Assembly (NCBI GenBank): GCA_003649205.1
Contig: QMRC01000001.1
Location: 160,001 to 224,000 of the forward strand
DNA: 64,000 nt
Direction of reading: 5' to 3'
Source: Thermoprotei archaeon
GTDB taxonomy: Archaea; Thermoproteota; Thermoprotei; Thermoproteales; B15-G16
Each line of letters begins with the position of its first letter. Position 1 is the first letter of the stretch. A model generated the notes under the pieces. The model was not told where the DNA came from and ran no database searches. It was given only the letters and a program-made list of their open reading frames with translations. The position numbers and the translations under genes are program-made. Shown one piece after another: positions 58,668 to 64,000 of the stretch.

Positions 58668-59027
58668 CTACAGTACGAGGAATGAGAGAGCAGCAAGTAT
58701 GAGAGCAGCAAACATCAATTGTTTACCTCTATAAGGTGACCAACCGGTTGACCACAGCACAACCCCTAGAGCGCCGAGCGCCATCGATGCCACCTTAGCT
58801 ACAGCCTTTATCAGATCAAGAAGTTTTTTGAAGAAGTGTGAGAGTGCTGTCTCAACAGCTGTAAACATTGAGTCTACAACGTTAGAGACCTTCTCTGCTA
58901 AGTCATTTAACTTAGTTTCTTGTGTAGTTTGGCTCTGTTGCTGATTCTGAGTACCTTCAGCTGCATAGCACATTACCGTTACGACCATCAGTACCAGTAC
59001 AAGTACTGTAATTACCTTACTTAGCAT
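58668..59027 (-). CDS. VirB2-like pilin (CedA1/TedC-like)
   Basis: Signal peptide, amphipathic helix, then hairpin [39 protein letters not shown]. Confidence 0.6.
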   Translation of the reverse strand: MLSKVITVLVLVLMVVTVMCYAAEGTQNQQQSQTTQETKLNDLAEKVSNVVDSMFTAVETALSHFFKKLLDLIKAVAKVASMALGALGVVLWSTGWSPYRGKQLMFAALILAALSFLVL

Positions 59028-59084
59028 TTTTCCACCGCTATGCTTTTAAATAGAAATAAATTTAGTGACCCCAAGGGTGTCACT

Positions 59085-59240
59085 ATGCCAATTACAGATC
59101 CAGAGAAGTTGAGGATTGCACTTGAGTGGAATTTCAATGTGTGGATTTGTAGGAGATGTGGTGCTAGGAATCCTCCTGGTGCTGAGAAGTGTAGGAGATG
59201 TAAGAGTAAGAACTTGAGACCGAAGAGATTCAAGAAGTAG
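59085..59240 (+). CDS. rpl40e: 50S ribosomal protein L40e
   Basis: MPITDP...[27 protein letters not shown]. Confidence 0.95.
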   Translation: MPITDPEKLRIALEWNFNVWICRRCGARNPPGAEKCRRCKSKNLRPKRFKK

Positions 59241-59267
59241 CTGTAATGGAGCTGGAATCAACGCAGA

Positions 59268-59408
59268 TTAAGGGTCGTTGATCTTGGTTGCGATACAGGT
59301 CGTGTAGCTAAGGTATTCAACATCAAGTATAGATACTATGTTCTCTGCCTTGACCTTAGCTTCGATCTAGGTCTTTCCCTCTTAGCTACCATAAAACCAC
59401 CTACCTAG
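59268..59408 (+). pseudogene. SAM-methyltransferase gene remnant
   Basis: LRVVDLGCDTGRVA...VLCLDLS, no in-frame start codon, early stop; no long ORF in the rest of the 59240-59725 gap. Confidence 0.55.
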
Positions 59409-59725
59409 CATAAGTGCTATCTCAGCATTTTCACAATGTAGCTAGAGTACTTAAGCGATACGGCTCATACATCATTGATTGCGTCTATCAATGTGCTAAG
59501 ACATGTGAGGAATGGGAAGTATTCAATGGTGTAGATACGTATAAGGTAAGGTCAAGTGGTTCACTAAGACAGTAAATGGATTTAGGGTCACGAATAGAGT
59601 TGTAGTTTACCTTAACGATAGGGTACTTCTCTCAGATGCTTAGAACTCACGTACCTGAGTAAGGATGTAGCTACTGAACTGGTTAGAGATAGAGTGTTCA
59701 CTGTGTTTATGAAATAGCTTAGTGA

Positions 59726-60319
59726 TTATATCTTCCAGATGACCTCTCCTGTCTTAGCTAACTCAACTTGGTACAGGTATATTCCATCGAGTACTCCAGG
59801 ACCTCCTTCTCTACCATGTGGACAAGGTCTGTTCTTACCTCTTAGGCGTACTGCGTTGTGTATGTTTGCTGCTGTCTGACTAACCTTCTCGATATCGATA
59901 CCCTCGATTATGACTTCATCCTTCTCTACCTTGACCTTGACATCACCCACTATCTTAGCTACCTTCTTATCCTTCTGACCGAGGAAGTTCTCTATGACAA
60001 CCTTATCGCCTTCAACCTTCACACTCATTGGGAAGTGCGCATAAACTATCTTCATCCTGTACCTAAAGCCCTTAGTTACTCCGGTTATCATGTTCTTGAT
60101 GTGCTTAGCTATTGTGCCGACAAGTGCTCTTTCACGCTTCTTAGCGAAGTAACACTCAACAATTACCGTATTTCCTTCCTTCCTTATGGTGACTGGTTGC
60201 TTTGAAAAGTCTCTAACTAATTCACCTAGTGGACCCTTGACCTTAACAACATTGTTCTCTACAGTTACCTCAACACCTTCAGGTACCTCAACTTCCTCTG
60301 ATACATACGGTATCTTCAT
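59726..60319 (-). CDS. rpl6: 50S ribosomal protein L6
   Basis: VPEGVEV, KGPLG, NMITGVTKGF, YAHFP, NFLG, VSQTAANI, DGIY. Confidence 0.96.
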   Translation of the reverse strand: MKIPYVSEEVEVPEGVEVTVENNVVKVKGPLGELVRDFSKQPVTIRKEGNTVIVECYFAKKRERALVGTIAKHIKNMITGVTKGFRYRMKIVYAHFPMSVKVEGDKVVIENFLGQKDKKVAKIVGDVKVKVEKDEVIIEGIDIEKVSQTAANIHNAVRLRGKNRPCPHGREGGPGVLDGIYLYQVELAKTGEVIWKI

Positions 60320-60359
60320 GACCTATCCCGAGAGACACGACTAGACCCCCCTAATTAAC

Positions 60360-61616
60360 TTACTTCACTACAGCCGACGTCACTCCTGAGCTGAGTGATT
60401 GCCTTAGAGATGAGATGAGAGGTCTTAGCTGTGGCTCCTCTTCAAGTGCTTTAAGCAAATGCTCATCACCAACAATGAGCTTCACTCTGCGGGTCCTCCC
60501 ATACCTCCCCAAATTAACGACCTTAGCCTCAACAAGACCGAGTAGCTCTAACTGAGCTAAGATATCACTGACCCTCCTCTGAGTCAGAGGTGTAACACCA
60601 ATACATGAACAGACTTCACAGTACGTACTATACACATCGCCAGTAGTCACAGTTAGAGGATACCTCTTAGTAGCTACGTATATAGCCAATAAGACCAACT
60701 TCATGTGAAACGGCATACCACGAAGAAGCTCACTAACCCTATCTCTCTCAAGCTGAACAAGAGCTTTCTTCACATGCTCCTCAGTAACCTGCTCACAACC
60801 CTCCCTCTCGGCTATTTCACCAGCAACCCTCAGTAAGTCAAGAGCCTTCCTAGCATCACCATGCTCTCTAGCAGCAATAGCTGCACAGAGCGAGATAACG
60901 GAGTCAGATACAACACCAGGCTTAAAAGCTAACCTAGCTCTCTCCCTAAGAATATCACATAACTCAGCATAGTTGTACGGTGGAAACACAATAGTCTCCT
61001 CACCTAAGCTACTCCTAACCCTAGGGTCAAGCAATTCTGTGAACCTAAGATCATTACTGATACCGATGATAGATACCTTACCCTTCGACAAGCTAGTATT
61101 CAACCTAGTTAAGTGATACAAAACAGCATCACCAGATCTCTTAACAAGAACATCAACCTCATCAAGAACAACAATAGCAACCTTACCATACTCCTCAATA
61201 CCATCACTAAACCTCCTCAAAACCTCACCAGTCGACAAACCAGAATTAGGTACGTGAAGTCCCAGTTGCCTACAGAGCTCAGTCAACACCCTATAGCTAG
61301 TATCGTACTGTCTACAGTTCACGTAAAGAGAAATAACACCACCACGAGATTCCTCAACAAGCTTCCTCAAGACAAGGAGAACACAAACAGTCTTACCAGT
61401 ACCTGTAGGTCCATAAACAATGACATTAGACGGTTTTGAACCACGAAGTGCAGGAGCTAGGATTAGAGCTAACTTCCTCAACTGCTCCTCCCTATGTGGG
61501 AGAGCTTCAGGAATGTAATCAGGTAGAAGAACATCCCTACACAAGAAGATACGTGACTCCTTAAACCTCCTAAAGACCTCCTCAATAACGGCAAGAGCTG
61601 TAGTCAATGTAATCAC
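60360..61616 (-). CDS. cdc6: Orc1/Cdc6 replication initiator
   Basis: PHREEQ, GPTGTGKT, VLDEVD, DPRVRSSL, FPPY, HGDARKALDLLR, GRYGRT wing. Confidence 0.96.
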   Translation of the reverse strand: MITLTTALAVIEEVFRRFKESRIFLCRDVLLPDYIPEALPHREEQLRKLALILAPALRGSKPSNVIVYGPTGTGKTVCVLLVLRKLVEESRGGVISLYVNCRQYDTSYRVLTELCRQLGLHVPNSGLSTGEVLRRFSDGIEEYGKVAIVVLDEVDVLVKRSGDAVLYHLTRLNTSLSKGKVSIIGISNDLRFTELLDPRVRSSLGEETIVFPPYNYAELCDILRERARLAFKPGVVSDSVISLCAAIAAREHGDARKALDLLRVAGEIAEREGCEQVTEEHVKKALVQLERDRVSELLRGMPFHMKLVLLAIYVATKRYPLTVTTGDVYSTYCEVCSCIGVTPLTQRRVSDILAQLELLGLVEAKVVNLGRYGRTRRVKLIVGDEHLLKALEEEPQLRPLISSLRQSLSSGVTSAVVK

Positions 61617-61709
61617 CTAGGCATCTAGAGAAAAAAAGAGAACTATCCACGTAACGTAGTGTAAAGTGAGTGGAGTAGCTACATAATACCTAGAGAACAT
61701 ATACGTAAA

Positions 61710-61770
61710 TTCCACGAGAAATGAAGCACTGAAATAGAGGGGGTAAGGTATGTACATTAGCTCTCGTGAA
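61710..61770. promoter_or_regulatory. Candidate origin recognition boxes (oriC) upstream of cdc6
   Basis: TTCCACGAGAAATG and CACTGAAATAGAGGGGG, plus an inverted partial copy (reverse complement TTCACGAGAG) at 61761-61770. Confidence 0.5.
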
Positions 61771-61818
61771 GAGAGAAACCTTAAAATCAGTAAAGTGTAG
61801 GGAGGAATGTAGAGTTAA

Positions 61819-61895
<77 letters not shown>

Positions 61896-61912
61896 ATTTC
61901 CTCAATTCCTAC

Positions 61913-62599
61913 TTGAGATATCTTTTAGTGCTTCAAACACTAATTAGTTCAGAGAGCATGGAGGCTGAAGTGGAATCAATATGGTCGGTTGCTAGATTCC
62001 TTGAAAAGACCCTACACTATAGGTTGGTTAAGGTACCTAGAGATGGTTTTATTGAATTTACCTGTACTCACTGTGGTGAATGTTGTAGGGAGGGTCCTAT
62101 CATTACCGTATTTGACGTTGCTAGGATTGCTCGTGGTCTCCACACTACATTCACTGATGTGATTGATAGGTACTGTAGTGTTGAGTGTGTTGAAGCTAGA
62201 AATTGGGTATGTCCTATTGTTAGGTTGAGGAAAGGAGCTAAGTACTGCATCTTTCACGATGATTCAGCTATGAGATGCCGTATACACGACTTTAAACCAC
62301 TGACCTGTAAGCTATACCCCATTAAGGTTCTTGATCCTGCTAGTGATTGGATTTGGATTGACTGTAGTTGTGAAGGTGTTGGCTCTGGAGAACGCGTACA
62401 AATACCGAATAACTTAATTGATCAATACATTGCTGAGGTAACTGCACACTACCTAGCTCTCGCAATGATGTACATACTGGGTTACAGAGGCAAGGAGTGT
62501 GTTCTCAAGGCTGCCGAATTAATTGGTGTCTATAGACCAGGCCTCGATTCACTGAAGAGCACAGTGTTGAAGTCTCTGGTATTCAGCTCTCAGCACTAG
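61913..62599 (+). CDS. YkgJ-family cysteine-cluster protein
   Basis: FTCTHCGECC, YCIF, CRIHDFKPLTCKLYP, CEGVG. Confidence 0.85.
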   Translation: MRYLLVLQTLISSESMEAEVESIWSVARFLEKTLHYRLVKVPRDGFIEFTCTHCGECCREGPIITVFDVARIARGLHTTFTDVIDRYCSVECVEARNWVCPIVRLRKGAKYCIFHDDSAMRCRIHDFKPLTCKLYPIKVLDPASDWIWIDCSCEGVGSGERVQIPNNLIDQYIAEVTAHYLALAMMYILGYRGKECVLKAAELIGVYRPGLDSLKSTVLKSLVFSSQH

Positions 62600-62636
62600 T
62601 CATCACGTATCAGTGGCCAGTCCAATCATCACCAGT
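62581..62636 (-). ncRNA. Box C/D methylation-guide sRNA
   Basis: Minus strand: C GTGATGA (62632-26), 12-nt guide TTGGACTGGCCA, D' CTGA, TAC, C' GTGATGA, 13-nt guide CTAGTGCTGAGAG, D CTGA (62586-83); all four boxes match consensus. Confidence 0.85.
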
Positions 62637-62649
62637 ACCAACTAGCTAC

Positions 62650-63573
62650 TTACCTCCTTAAAGCAATTCCTCTAATCTCGTTAACATCATCGAAACCTCT
62701 ATTCTCAAGCTCCTTCACTAGTTCCTGGAGAATCTCAGATACAATAGTAATGCCACAGAGTAGAACAGCTGAGCATATACCAACAGCTCTAGCACCTAGA
62801 GCTATGTACTCGAGAACATCTGTTCCACACATGACACCACCTGTAGCAATAACTGAGACATCAGGATACTCACTACATACCAAGTACACTAGCCTCTGTA
62901 CAATTGGTTTAATACCAGGACCTGAGTAACCACCACATCGATCAAGTGATGGTAGAACTAGAGCTAGAGTTGATGGATCTACGTAGGTTGCGGGTACGGT
63001 GTTAGCTACTACCAAACAGTCGCAGAACTCAAGCACTGTATCAACTAGTTTGAGGAAGTACCTCTTTAAGGTGATAGCAGGTAGTTTTACCAAAAGTGGT
63101 TTAGCTGAGATATCACGTACCTCACGTAGGAGATTTCTCAATGCTGATACATCCTCGCTTAATCTAAGGTACTCCTCAACATGAGGACAGGAGATATTTA
63201 GCTCAAAGGCGTGTGAGACATCGCTTAGGTAGTTCGCGACGTACCTAAACTCATCACCTGTCGTAACGGCTAAGCTAGTTATGACCTTAGTATCTACCTC
63301 AAGGAGCTTAGGTAGTACTGTCTTCAGCTCATTAGCTAACTTCACAGGACCTGGATTCTCTAGACCAATGGCATTCACTAGACCAGTAGGTAGTCTAACT
63401 ACCCTCCTACCTCTATACCCAATCCTTGGTTGAGGAGTTACAGTCTTAGTCGTTACAGCTCCGAGATCTAAGAAGTGGAGGAGAGAACGCGCATTAGCTA
63501 CAGCACCAGAGGATAGAATTAAGGGGTTTTTCAAGTGAAGGCCAGGTACTAGATCAGTAGATAGCTTAGGCAT
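62650..63573 (-). CDS. pyrD: Dihydroorotate dehydrogenase, family 1
   Basis: LKNPLILSSG, TTKT, NAIGLENPG, ELNISCPH, VKL, ANT, GGYSG..IKP, ATGG. Confidence 0.85.
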   Translation of the reverse strand: MPKLSTDLVPGLHLKNPLILSSGAVANARSLLHFLDLGAVTTKTVTPQPRIGYRGRRVVRLPTGLVNAIGLENPGPVKLANELKTVLPKLLEVDTKVITSLAVTTGDEFRYVANYLSDVSHAFELNISCPHVEEYLRLSEDVSALRNLLREVRDISAKPLLVKLPAITLKRYFLKLVDTVLEFCDCLVVANTVPATYVDPSTLALVLPSLDRCGGYSGPGIKPIVQRLVYLVCSEYPDVSVIATGGVMCGTDVLEYIALGARAVGICSAVLLCGITIVSEILQELVKELENRGFDDVNEIRGIALRR

Positions 63574-64000
63574 CTGTAGCTCTCCTCAGGTACTCTACCA
63601 CTTCCTCAACATTTTCATTAGTTACCTTCGTTGCATACGATACTAAGATAGTGACTAACCAGTTCAGTGCAAATGCCCAGATGAAGTCAGGTATTCCTAG
63701 TGGTGCTACCTTCATTATCCTGAAGCTCACTAGTACGATTAGTCCTGTGAGGAGTCCAGTTATCGCACCCCACTTTGTAACCCTTCTCCAGTATAGACCA
63801 AGTATGAGAGCTGGAGCTACTTGTGCTGTACCGACAAATGTTAGCTTAATTACAACTTCAACAATTAACTTTGGTGGACTAAGAGCTATGAGGTACGCCA
63901 TTGCTATCAACGCAGCACTTATCAACATACTGAGCCTAACAGCTGCCTTCTCACTGATACGAGTTCGTAGACCCTCAATAACAATATCCTTTACAACCAT
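63566..64000 (-). CDS. 3' end of a sodium:solute symporter family protein, partial
   Basis: PALILGLYWRRVTKWGAITGLLTG, ILVSYAT; runs off the window edge. Confidence 0.8.
   Translation of the reverse strand: MVVKDIVIEGLRTRISEKAAVRLSMLISAALIAMAYLIALSPPKLIVEVVIKLTFVGTAQVAPALILGLYWRRVTKWGAITGLLTGLIVLVSFRIMKVAPLGIPDFIWAFALNWLVTILVSYATKVTNENVEEVVEYLRRATDA

Overview
A 64-kb window from a (hyper)thermophilic archaeon, most consistent with Thermoproteota/Thermoprotei (Rpl15e, Rpl40e, Rpo12, topoisomerase VI, Cdc6/Orc1, tRNA splicing endonuclease, BHB-type tRNA intron). The right half is mostly housekeeping: leuS, top6B/A, endA, glyS, speB, mvk, nadM, rpl6, cdc6 with a candidate ORB-containing origin, and pyrD. 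The left half is more accessory. It holds a complete mannose-family PTS (EI, HPr, IIA, IIB, fused IIC-IID) next to a GlmS homologue lacking the catalytic Cys1, a split UxaA dehydratase, a HEPN-MNT pair, two uncharacterised ATPase modules and several pseudogenes. There are four tRNAs (Leu-CAG, Lys-CTT with intron, Asp-GTC, Ala-GGC) and two clear unannotated box C/D sRNAs. Three candidates for new systems stand out: (1) a tightly coupled longin-like/wHTH protein + SAM methyltransferase + small GTPase operon (34706-36952); (2) a RuvC-only TnpB-like gene followed by a box C/D-containing, omegaRNA-like RNA with short complementarity to the adjacent tRNA-Asp (26088-27033); (3) a four-gene wHTH + P-loop ATPase operon (6456-10092). 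All family assignments come from motif recognition by eye; no database searches were run.
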